Shown: positions 8,016 through 16,525 of the stretch, piece after piece | How positions within the stretch are numbered: the first letter of the stretch is position 1 | Layout: every line of letters begins with the position of its first letter | DNA from: Thermoplasmatota archaeon | GTDB lineage: Archaea; Thermoplasmatota; Thermoplasmata; UBA10834 | DNA length: 59,092 bases | Direction: 5' to 3' | Assembly: GCA_016930135.1 (NCBI GenBank) | Contig: JAFGHM010000102.1 | Location: 1 to 59,092 of the forward strand | Notes under the pieces: model-generated | Told to the model about the DNA's origin: nothing | The model's input: only the letters and a program-made list of their open reading frames with translations | The model's database searches: none | Translations under genes and position numbers: made by a program

Positions 8016-9035
8016 ATGCATTCAACCCCGTTGAAAGAGAACAGGTACTCCAGACAGATACTCCTGCCGGAGATCGGGCCAGAGGGGCAGAGGAAGCTAG
8101 CGAGGAGCAAGGCGGTCGTGATAGGATGTGGAGCCCTCGGCACTAACGCATTATCCTTTCTGGTAAGGGCGGGGGTGGGCCAGGTCAAGATTGTCGACAG
8201 AGACATAGTGGACCTCTCGAACCTGCAGAGGCAGGCCCTTTTCGAGGAAGCCGACGTCGGAAGGCCGAAGGCGAAGGTCGCCGAGGAGAGGCTCGGGAGG
8301 ATCAACTCGGAAATCAAGATCAAGGGCTTGGTCGCGGACCTCACACATGCGAACATAGAGGGCGTCATCAAGTGGGCGAACGTCGTGCTCGACGCGACCG
8401 ACAACATGGACACCAGGTTCCTCGTGAACGATGCCTGCGTGAAGCACGGGATACCGTGGGTGTACGCAGGCGCAGTGGGGGTGACCGGCATGGTGATGCC
8501 AGTGATCCCCGGAGGACCGTGCCTAAGATGCGTCTTTCCCAACCTCCCCAGGCCTGGTCAGCTCCCGACGTGCGACACTGCAGGCATAGTCAACACGCTG
8601 CCGGGCGCCATCGCCTCGCTCGAGGTCACCGAGGCCTTCAAGATCATGCAGGGCAAGGAGCCCATTGAGGAACTCATGGTCCTCGATGTATGGCATGGAG
8701 ACCTCCAGAGGATCAAGGTCAGGAGGAATCCCGGTTGCGGGACCTGCGGCAGGCGGGATTTCAAGTTCCTACAGGCGAGGGAGCGGAAGACGGTCGTCTC
8801 GCTCTGCGGCAGGAACGCAGTGCAAATCCGGCCCGCGAAGCAGCTCGCAGGCGGCCTTGCAGACCTTAGAAGGAACCTCGCCAGATCCGGCGAGGTGGAG
8901 ATGGCAGATGGCGTGCTCAAGTTCAAGGCGAAGGGTGTTGAGCTGACTGTGTTCCCAGACGGCAGGACCATAATCGGCGGGACGACGAATCTATCGAAAG
9001 CGAAGACCATCTTCTCCAAGTACATCGGTGATTGA
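8016..9035 (+). CDS. ThiF/MoeB family adenylyltransferase
   Basis: RYSRQ, GCGALG, DRD.V..SNLQRQ, CLRC, TCDTAG, C..CG. Confidence 0.92.
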   Translation: MHSTPLKENRYSRQILLPEIGPEGQRKLARSKAVVIGCGALGTNALSFLVRAGVGQVKIVDRDIVDLSNLQRQALFEEADVGRPKAKVAEERLGRINSEIKIKGLVADLTHANIEGVIKWANVVLDATDNMDTRFLVNDACVKHGIPWVYAGAVGVTGMVMPVIPGGPCLRCVFPNLPRPGQLPTCDTAGIVNTLPGAIASLEVTEAFKIMQGKEPIEELMVLDVWHGDLQRIKVRRNPGCGTCGRRDFKFLQARERKTVVSLCGRNAVQIRPAKQLAGGLADLRRNLARSGEVEMADGVLKFKAKGVELTVFPDGRTIIGGTTNLSKAKTIFSKYIGD

Positions 9036-9662
9036 TTGCGAGGGATAGTGCTTCTCTCAGGAGGGATCGACTCGCCCGTGGCGGCCTACTTGATGGGCAG
9101 ACGAGGGCTCGAGCTCGTCCTGGCTCACTTCGACAACAGACCGTTCACTAGCGACGCGGAGATCGACAAGGCGATCAGCCTGATGAGGCGACTGGATGAG
9201 GCGCTTGGCACGACTTCGAAGAAGCTGCTCGTGCCCCACGGCAAGGCCCAGACGGAACTCGCAAGGGAGTGCAGGCGCAACATGCAGTGCGTCCTGTGCA
9301 GGCGCATGATGTTCAGGGTGGCGGAGAGGCTGGCCCGAAGAATGGATGCGCGGTATGTGGTGACGGGGGAGTCGCTGGGCCAGGTCGCCTCGCAGACGCT
9401 GGCCAACATGAACGTGGAGGAGAGGGCCACCAGCCTGCCCATCCTCAGGCCGCTGATAGGCCTCGACAAGGTGGAGATCGAGAGGATCGCCAAGAACATC
9501 GGGACCTATGAGATATCCACGGGGCCTGGCCTCTGCTGCACCATAGCCCCCAAGAGGCCCTCGACCTATGCCAGGCAGGAGGACGCCGCCCGCGAGGAGG
9601 CCAAGGTGGACATCGAAAAGCTCGCCGAAGAGGAGTCCGAAGGGGCGTTTGAGATATCATGA
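9036..9662 (+). CDS. thiI: ThiI-like sulfurtransferase, catalytic domain only (no THUMP)
   Basis: PP-loop SGGIDSPVA, CVLCRRMM, TGESLGQVASQT, RPLIG.DK, CC. Confidence 0.8.
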   Translation: MRGIVLLSGGIDSPVAAYLMGRRGLELVLAHFDNRPFTSDAEIDKAISLMRRLDEALGTTSKKLLVPHGKAQTELARECRRNMQCVLCRRMMFRVAERLARRMDARYVVTGESLGQVASQTLANMNVEERATSLPILRPLIGLDKVEIERIAKNIGTYEISTGPGLCCTIAPKRPSTYARQEDAAREEAKVDIEKLAEEESEGAFEIS

Positions 9663-10138
9663 AGGGATACGTCCTCGATTCATCCGCGCTGTTTTACGGC
9701 AAGGACTTCCCTCCCAGCTTCGAATGCGTCATCACGCCCGGGGTCGTGCGGGAGCTTAAGAAGGAGGACATGGGCGAGAGGCTGGAACTGCTTCTCGCGA
9801 CGAAGATAAGGGTCGTCTCGCCGAGCATGCGTTCCGTCAAGAAGGTTGAAGAGAAGGCCAAGGAGACCGGAGACCTGAGAAGGCTGTCGCAGACCGATAT
9901 CGAGATCGTCGCGCTTGCCCTGGACCTCGGATACGAGCTGGTGTCGGACGACTACTCGGTCCAGAACATCGCCAGAGTTGTTGGCGTACCTTGCAGGGGA
10001 ATGGAGCAGAAGGGCATCAGGGAGGTCTACCGTTGGAAGGCGAAGTGCAAGGGGTGTGGCAAGACCTTCGATGCCGATGTGCGGGAGTGCGATGTCTGCG
10101 GGAGCGAGACCAGGACCAGAAGGGACGGGAGGCCCTGA
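9659..10138 (+). CDS. nob1: Nob1 PIN-domain endonuclease
   Basis: VLDSSA, LS.TD, SDDYSVQN, C-terminal CKGC...CDVCG. Confidence 0.9.
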   Translation: MKGYVLDSSALFYGKDFPPSFECVITPGVVRELKKEDMGERLELLLATKIRVVSPSMRSVKKVEEKAKETGDLRRLSQTDIEIVALALDLGYELVSDDYSVQNIARVVGVPCRGMEQKGIREVYRWKAKCKGCGKTFDADVRECDVCGSETRTRRDGRP

Positions 10139-10140
10139 GC

Positions 10141-10506
10141 TCAGAGCCTCTCGAGAAGGTATATCGTGACTGTGTCGTTGTCCTCTGGCTGGTCGTACAT
10201 GGGGTACCTCTTCCCCAGTTTGCTGTAGAGCTTCTGCCTTGTCTCCCCGGGCTTCGCCTCGAGGTCGTACTCAAGGAAGCTAAGAGGTATGTCCTTCAGC
10301 TTGCAGTTCCAGCTGAGGAGGACATTGGCGGCAAGTTTCTTCCTGGGTCCGACCACCTCGACATTCTCATCGGGGGAGTATCTGAGGTCGCCCTTGTGTA
10401 TGCGTATGGTCGCGAACACCCTGTCATCCAGTTTCTTCCAGTCCTGCGAGAAATCCATCTTCCGGAACCTCATCGGGTCAGCCTCCGTGTTATGTATCCG
10501 CTCCAT
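10141..10506 (-). CDS. ASCH/PUA-like small protein
   Basis: F.....L....ATIR pattern, central beta strands, helix and final strand as in ASCH domains. Confidence 0.55.
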   Translation of the reverse strand: MERIHNTEADPMRFRKMDFSQDWKKLDDRVFATIRIHKGDLRYSPDENVEVVGPRKKLAANVLLSWNCKLKDIPLSFLEYDLEAKPGETRQKLYSKLGKRYPMYDQPEDNDTVTIYLLERL

Positions 10507-10618
10507 GGCTTAAGCGTTGCTGGAGCAACAGCGGGCTTGGGGCCACCTGTCCAGATGCTGGACCGTGCTGATGTCGGATATTCGGTCCGAATTAGTGCCC
10601 CGGCGGTTCCTGGAGGCC

Positions 10619-11701
10619 TCAGAACAGGTAGAACACCTTCTTGCACCTGATCGCCCTCGCAAGGCCGCGGACGCCGAGCACGCGCATGGCGAATTCCATC
10701 CTTCTGTCAGCCGGAAAGAACAAATCGCCTAGCTTCCTCGTCCACAGCGAGCTGGCGAGGGGTTTCTCCAGAACGGACCGCCACCTAGGCTCGTACTCCG
10801 CCAGCGGCAGGCCTCCTCTGAGATGCTCCTTCACGGTCCGGCCCGCAATCCGCCCCGCGATCATCGCGATGGGTATGCCTCCGCCATTGGAGGACATGAC
10901 GTGCCCCGCAGCGTCGCCCACAAGCATCGTGTTTCCGCCAACGGTCCTGCTCGTGGGACCCGACAGAGGCACGAAACCCATTGTCACGTCCCTGTACGGA
11001 ACGCCCAACCTGGCGACGAACTCCTGGAAGTACGCGCTCGGGTGCCTCGAGAGGGTCTTCGGGTTGAAGCCGGCCCCGATGTTCGCTCCCTTTCTCTTGG
11101 GTATGACCCAAGCATAACCTCCAGGAGCGACCGAGCCGAAGTACATCTTGATCGCCGGATCGAAGTTGCCCTCTGCATGGCAAGTGACGGCCGGGTACCT
11201 CGCAAGCGGCCTCTCGAGGCCCACCTCCCGAGCCGTCCTGGAGTTCGGGCCGTCTGCGCCTATGAGGACTTTGAAGCCTATGTCGCCGATTGTCGTCCTG
11301 GCAATGCCATCATCGACGGACAACAACGATGTGCCGGCTCTCAGCTCCGCCCCTGCCTCGACCGCCAGCTTCACTAGCGACTTGTCGAAGGACCGCCTAT
11401 CGAGCGCGACACCCTCGAAAGGACATCGATAGGTCCTACCACGCGGGGACACCAGGTCGATATGGTTCACATGCCCCACGACAACGCCCTCGTCAATCCT
11501 AAAGAGGTCCTCGAGGTCAGTCGATCTGGGGAACATCGAGTACATCTCTTTGGCCGACGGGAAGAACTCCCCGCACTGCACAGGTTGGCCAATCTCCCTG
11601 CGCCTGTCTATCATGAGCACGCTTGTATCTCTACCAGCGCAGTATCTTGCCGTCGTGCTTCCAGCTGGACCCGCGCCCACGATCAGGACGTCGACTTCCA
11701 A
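10619..11701 (-). CDS. geranylgeranyl reductase family flavoprotein
   Basis: GAGPAG, PVQCGE, DR..FD, GADG, PGGYAWVIP, LVGDAAG...NGGGI. Confidence 0.92.
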   Translation of the reverse strand: MEVDVLIVGAGPAGSTTARYCAGRDTSVLMIDRRREIGQPVQCGEFFPSAKEMYSMFPRSTDLEDLFRIDEGVVVGHVNHIDLVSPRGRTYRCPFEGVALDRRSFDKSLVKLAVEAGAELRAGTSLLSVDDGIARTTIGDIGFKVLIGADGPNSRTAREVGLERPLARYPAVTCHAEGNFDPAIKMYFGSVAPGGYAWVIPKRKGANIGAGFNPKTLSRHPSAYFQEFVARLGVPYRDVTMGFVPLSGPTSRTVGGNTMLVGDAAGHVMSSNGGGIPIAMIAGRIAGRTVKEHLRGGLPLAEYEPRWRSVLEKPLASSLWTRKLGDLFFPADRRMEFAMRVLGVRGLARAIRCKKVFYLF

Positions 11702-12414
11702 GGTTTCTTCCCCCTGGTCATCGTCGCCCCTCTCAGCTCTAGGTACTCGGTGGCCACGCCCTCGAAGCCTCCGGCCCTCAGTGCCTTCTCATAGACATCG
11801 ACGGAGCCAAAGGCCTCGTATGTCTCCAGGAGCTTCGAGTACGGATCCCTGGTCCATCTCTCCTTCGCGGCAGCAGGGGCTGCGATCCTGGCCAAGGGGG
11901 GCACCATGTGCCTGACATGGAGGTCTATCATCTTGGCCATAGGCCCTGGCGGCGGCTTGGCCATGTCCAGGATTATCGCCTCTCCGCCTTCCTTGAGGAC
12001 TCTGCGCATCTCCCCGATACTGGCCTTCCTGTCGAAGAAGTCCCGGAAGGAGAACACGCAGAAGACCTTGTCCACAGTCTGGTCAGCGAGGGGTATCTTC
12101 TCCCCCACACCCCTGAGAAAACCGACCCTGTCTCTCCCCAGCAGCTTGGCCGCATATGCCGAGAGCTCGCTCGAAGGCTCGAGCGCCATGACCGTGCCGG
12201 CCTTCAGGTGCTTCAGGAAGTTGCCCGGCCCGGAACCTATCTCAAGGACGACGTCCTCAGGCCCCACAATGGAGGCTGCGCGCCTGCGCCATCTGTCGAC
12301 CATACCCATGGTTATGAGCGAGTTGACTCTCTCGTAGTACGGTCCGACCTCCTCCATGGCGTCCATCAGCTCATGCCATTCGCGAAGGCTCATGCCGTCG
12401 TGGTCCAGCATCAT
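11683..12414 (-). CDS. UbiE/MenG-type quinone C-methyltransferase
   Basis: YERVNSLITMG...WRR, EIGSGPG, FSFRD, EMRRVLKEGG. Confidence 0.8.
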   Translation of the reverse strand: MMLDHDGMSLREWHELMDAMEEVGPYYERVNSLITMGMVDRWRRRAASIVGPEDVVLEIGSGPGNFLKHLKAGTVMALEPSSELSAYAAKLLGRDRVGFLRGVGEKIPLADQTVDKVFCVFSFRDFFDRKASIGEMRRVLKEGGEAIILDMAKPPPGPMAKMIDLHVRHMVPPLARIAAPAAAKERWTRDPYSKLLETYEAFGSVDVYEKALRAGGFEGVATEYLELRGATMTRGKKPWKSTS

Positions 12415-12419
12415 CCCTC

Positions 12420-13391
12420 CTAGAAATCCCTGCCCAGGACCCTGGAGACCAGGTTCCTCAGGCCCTTGCTGTACTCGTTTCCCAGAAGGCATCCGAGGTG
12501 CCCGAGGGCCTCCATGCCGTAGTATTCGCCCATGCCCTTCGCCTTCTCGATCGCTCCCGACTTGATGACGAGCTCAGTGCATCGCCTGACCTCGTCGCTG
12601 GAGGGATTCTCCTGGGAGACGACATCTAGGATCGCCTTCCTTGCCTCTTCGGAGCTCTTGATGGCGAGCAGTGACGGCAGCGTCAGATGGCCTTCCTTGA
12701 GGTCGTTCCCCACCATCTTCCCCAGCCGGTCCTCATCGCCGGTGAAGTCCAATATGTCGTCGATTATCTGGAACGCTATGCCCAAGTCGAGCCCGTAGCT
12801 CCCGAGCGTCTGGATATCGTTCGCAGAGCCACCCGCGAGGTATCCCCCGACCATCGCACCGGCCTTGATGGGCATCGCCGTCTTGCGCTCGGCGACTCGG
12901 AGGTACGCGTCCACCGTCAGGTCCTTCCTGTGCCTGAACCTGTTCTGCAGAACCTCTCCCTCCGCCAGCGCAGCGCAGGCATCCGCGGTCGTCTCGACAA
13001 TGACCTTGTCGAACACGCCGCCTATCCTGAAGGCCTTCACAAAGAGGAAGTCCCCTGTGACGATCGCATCGTGCAACCCCCACTTCTTGTACACGCTCTC
13101 CCTTCCGCGCCTAGTCGAGCCCCCATCGTTTATGTCGTCATGTATGAGGGTCGCGGAGTGTATGAGTTCGAAGGCCGCAGCGATGTCCACGATCCTGTCC
13201 GTGTCCTTGCCTCCCAATGCCCTGTAGGACAGGATCGTCACCGTTGGCCGGAGGCGTTTGCCGCCCGCGGATATCACGTGCATGGCGGCATCTGTGAGGA
13301 CCGATTCCTCCGATTGGACCATGTCGCTCAGCTTCTCATCCACCCGTCTGAGCTCGTCCTGGATGCCGAAGTCCCACGGCTTCGTGGTCAT
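12420..13391 (-). CDS. long-chain trans-polyprenyl diphosphate synthase
   Basis: GGKRLRP, first motif HSATLIHDDIND, KTA, second motif FQIIDDILD. Confidence 0.92.
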   Translation of the reverse strand: MTTKPWDFGIQDELRRVDEKLSDMVQSEESVLTDAAMHVISAGGKRLRPTVTILSYRALGGKDTDRIVDIAAAFELIHSATLIHDDINDGGSTRRGRESVYKKWGLHDAIVTGDFLFVKAFRIGGVFDKVIVETTADACAALAEGEVLQNRFRHRKDLTVDAYLRVAERKTAMPIKAGAMVGGYLAGGSANDIQTLGSYGLDLGIAFQIIDDILDFTGDEDRLGKMVGNDLKEGHLTLPSLLAIKSSEEARKAILDVVSQENPSSDEVRRCTELVIKSGAIEKAKGMGEYYGMEALGHLGCLLGNEYSKGLRNLVSRVLGRDF

Positions 13392-13497
13392 GCAATGGCG
13401 CATATGCCACAATTGCTACTTAACGCTAATGGTTTCTGCCTGAGCCGGCTGAGCGCATCTGGCCAACCCCAAAATACGCCTAGGAGAGCGTGCCCTG

Positions 13498-14997
13498 TCA
13501 CCGCCATCCCAAGGGCAGGTCTGCGAACCTCTCGGCGGCTGCGATGCACGCATCGACAAACGGTCCTGGGAACAGACCAATCCCCACGACCATGACCACC
13601 GCGAAGACGACGGAGACCACGAGCATGGGCGGCGGCCTCACCTTCTCCTCGGAGACGCCCTTGACCATGTACATGTATTTGATCACGCGCGCGTAGTAGT
13701 AAAGAGAGAGGGCCGAGTTGAGCACGCCAGCTATGGCCAGCCAGATGAGCCATCCCTCACCAGGCTCGAACGACCAATAGACCGCCGATGAGAACAGCAC
13801 GAACTTGCTCGCGAAGCCCGCGAGCGGCGGTATGCCCGCCAGGGACAGCAGGAACAGCGTCATCGCGATGGCCAGGAACGGCGAGCGCCTGTTCAGGCCC
13901 TTGAAGTCGTCGAGCTTCTCGCCGATCGCCACCGCGCCCATCGCGGCTACGACCATGAACGCTCCTGACTTCATGAACGCGTGCGTGAGCACGTGGAACA
14001 GGCCTCCCGCGACAGCGTACTGTGTCGCCACTGGGAGGGCTATCAGAAGATATCCGGCCTGGGCGATGGAGCTGTATGCCAGCATCCTCTTGATGCTCGT
14101 CTGCGAGACCGCGATCAAGTTGCCGACCGTCATGGTTATGATCGCAAGCGCCCCAATCGCGACCTGCCAGTCCGTCTTCGTCACTATCAGCCCTATCAGG
14201 AATATCTTGAACAGGGCCGCGAATCCCATCTTCTTCGACGCGGCTGCGAGCAGGCCAGAAATCGGCGTAGGGGCGCCCTCGTACACATCGGGGGCCCACA
14301 TGTGGAAAGGCACCATGGCTACCTTGAACCCGAGGCCTGCCATGAGCAGAACCGTCGCGAGGATCAGTATCGGCCCCGCATCAGAGCCCGCAGGAACGCC
14401 GGCGAACACCGGCTGGATTGCGATTATCTCGGTGGTCCCCGCAACGCCATACAGCAGTGATATCGCGAAGAGCGTCAGAGCCGAGCTGAACCCGCCGACG
14501 ATGAAGTACTTCGTCGCCGCCTCAGCTGAGCGCTTCTCGCGCTTCCGGAAGCCCGAGAGAGCGAAGGACGATATCCCCGCGATCTCCAGGCCCACGAACA
14601 GCACTATCAGGTCTGTGGCCTGGGCGACGACAGTCATGCCTGTGATGGCGAGTAGGATGAGAGAGTAATACTCACCCTGGTTCCTGTCCTTCAGTATGAA
14701 CTCGGGGGAGCCGAGGACGACCACTATGCCGACGAACAGGAAGACCAGCGTGAAGAGCCCGGTGAAGACGTTGACCTCCAGAAGCTGCAGCCTGCTGACC
14801 GGCATCTCCCACCATCCGAGGAAGAGCCATGAGATCAGGGCCGCAGCGAGTGCCGTCAGCGGTGCCATCGCCACCCACGCGAGCGCTCGCTTGTCCTTGA
14901 AGACGTAGTCAAGGGCTGGCATCACGAGCGCGAACAGCACCAGCACGAGCTGCGGGAGGAAGGTCTCGAGGTAGCTGACAGCGGACACCTCATCCAC
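13498..14997 (-). CDS. nuoN: complex I/Fpo subunit N
   Basis: EAATKYF, FKVAMVPFHMWAPDVYEGAPTP, KRMLAYSSIAQAGY. Confidence 0.95.
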   Translation of the reverse strand: MDEVSAVSYLETFLPQLVLVLFALVMPALDYVFKDKRALAWVAMAPLTALAAALISWLFLGWWEMPVSRLQLLEVNVFTGLFTLVFLFVGIVVVLGSPEFILKDRNQGEYYSLILLAITGMTVVAQATDLIVLFVGLEIAGISSFALSGFRKREKRSAEAATKYFIVGGFSSALTLFAISLLYGVAGTTEIIAIQPVFAGVPAGSDAGPILILATVLLMAGLGFKVAMVPFHMWAPDVYEGAPTPISGLLAAASKKMGFAALFKIFLIGLIVTKTDWQVAIGALAIITMTVGNLIAVSQTSIKRMLAYSSIAQAGYLLIALPVATQYAVAGGLFHVLTHAFMKSGAFMVVAAMGAVAIGEKLDDFKGLNRRSPFLAIAMTLFLLSLAGIPPLAGFASKFVLFSSAVYWSFEPGEGWLIWLAIAGVLNSALSLYYYARVIKYMYMVKGVSEEKVRPPPMLVVSVVFAVVMVVGIGLFPGPFVDACIAAAERFADLPLGWR

Positions 14998-16522
14998 CTC
15001 CTGGCAAACCGAGCAGGTTGATCACAGTCACGGCAGCCGGGTCAATGTATTGGAACAGCAACAGGGGGAAGACCCCAAAGATGGCTATCAGAGCGATGAG
15101 CACGACGACCGGTACGCCCTCGAACCAGTCGATATCGTGCACATCAGAGGTGTCTATCTCCTTCGTCAGAGGCCCGAACATCGACCTTTGCAGCGCCCAG
15201 AGATAGTACCCTGCCGTGATGGCGACGCTGAGTATGGGCAACAACAGCCACAGGCCCCATGTCTCGTACATGCTCACGAAGACCATGAACTCGGCCGCGA
15301 AGCTGACCAGCCCTGGCAGACCCAGCGACGCGAGGAAGCCGATGGTCAGCATGGTTGCCGCGCTCGGCATCTTCTTCGAGAGCCCTCCCAGGCTCTGGAT
15401 GATCCTCGTGCCGCAGTGGTGTTGGACCACGCCGCACATCATGAACAGGACTGCTGTGACGAGGCCGTGGGCGAACATCTGGAACACCCCGGCGGTGACA
15501 CCCAACTGGGTGAAGGTCGCGTACCCGAGGAGGACAAAGCCCATATGGCTTATCGAGCTGTACGCCACGAGCTTCTTGAGATCCTTCTGCGCAAGACAGA
15601 GCATCGCGCCATAGAGTATGCTCGCGATAGCGATGACCGCCATCACGAGCTGGAGGGCGTCCGCGCCCAGAGGCAGAGTTGGTATGGCGACCCTTATGAT
15701 ACCGTACCCGCCCATCTTAAGCAGCAGCCCGGCCAGGAGAACGCTCCCCGCGGTCGGCGCCTCGACGTGCGCGTCTGGAAGCCAAGTGTGGAACGGCACC
15801 ATGGGCAACTTGACGCCGAACCCGAAGAACGCCGCTGCGAACACTCCGATCTGGAACATCCTCGCGAACTCAGTCTGGCCCGCCCTCCAGATGTCCTCCA
15901 TGCCAAAGGAGTTGGCCCCCGCCTGGAAGTACATCGCCATTATCGCGATGAGCAGCGCGAGGCTCGCAATGTGGGTGTATATGAAGAACTTGATCGCGGC
16001 ATAGTCCTTGTTCGGCCCGCCCCAAACCCCGATCATGAAGTACATCGGAATGAGGACGACCTCCCAGAAGACGTAGAACACGAAGTAGTCCAGCGTGGTG
16101 AACACACCGAGCACTCCGACCTCGAGCACCAGCATCAGCCCGAAGTACTCCTTGGGCCTCAGTTTCGTGTCCCACGAGAACACTATGGAGAGCGTGCTCA
16201 GCAGCGTCGTGAGCACGAACAACGGGAGACTTATGCCGTCGAGGCCCACGATGTACCTGATCCCAAGCGCCTCGATCCAGGTGTGCTCCTCGTAGAACTG
16301 ATAGTCGAAGAACCCTCCTCCGTCGTGGTAGCCTGGGGAACTCGAATCAGGCTCGACAACGAACACGAAGGCCACAAGGGCCGACAGCACCAATGCGACG
16401 AGCGAGAACGCCAGTGCCACGTACCTGGCATACCTCCCGTATCGCCCCAGGCCGAAGGTGATCAGCGCGCCTATGAGAGGCATCAGTATTATGATTGAGA
16501 TTATGGGGACGCCCTCGAGCAT
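14990..16522 (-). CDS. nuoM: complex I/Fpo subunit M
   Basis: GLDGIS, FWEVVLIPMYF, PFHTWLPDAHVEAPT, AYSSISHMG. Confidence 0.95.
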   Translation of the reverse strand: MLEGVPIISIIILMPLIGALITFGLGRYGRYARYVALAFSLVALVLSALVAFVFVVEPDSSSPGYHDGGGFFDYQFYEEHTWIEALGIRYIVGLDGISLPLFVLTTLLSTLSIVFSWDTKLRPKEYFGLMLVLEVGVLGVFTTLDYFVFYVFWEVVLIPMYFMIGVWGGPNKDYAAIKFFIYTHIASLALLIAIMAMYFQAGANSFGMEDIWRAGQTEFARMFQIGVFAAAFFGFGVKLPMVPFHTWLPDAHVEAPTAGSVLLAGLLLKMGGYGIIRVAIPTLPLGADALQLVMAVIAIASILYGAMLCLAQKDLKKLVAYSSISHMGFVLLGYATFTQLGVTAGVFQMFAHGLVTAVLFMMCGVVQHHCGTRIIQSLGGLSKKMPSAATMLTIGFLASLGLPGLVSFAAEFMVFVSMYETWGLWLLLPILSVAITAGYYLWALQRSMFGPLTKEIDTSDVHDIDWFEGVPVVVLIALIAIFGVFPLLLFQYIDPAAVTVINLLGLPGGG

Positions 16523-16525
16523 GGC

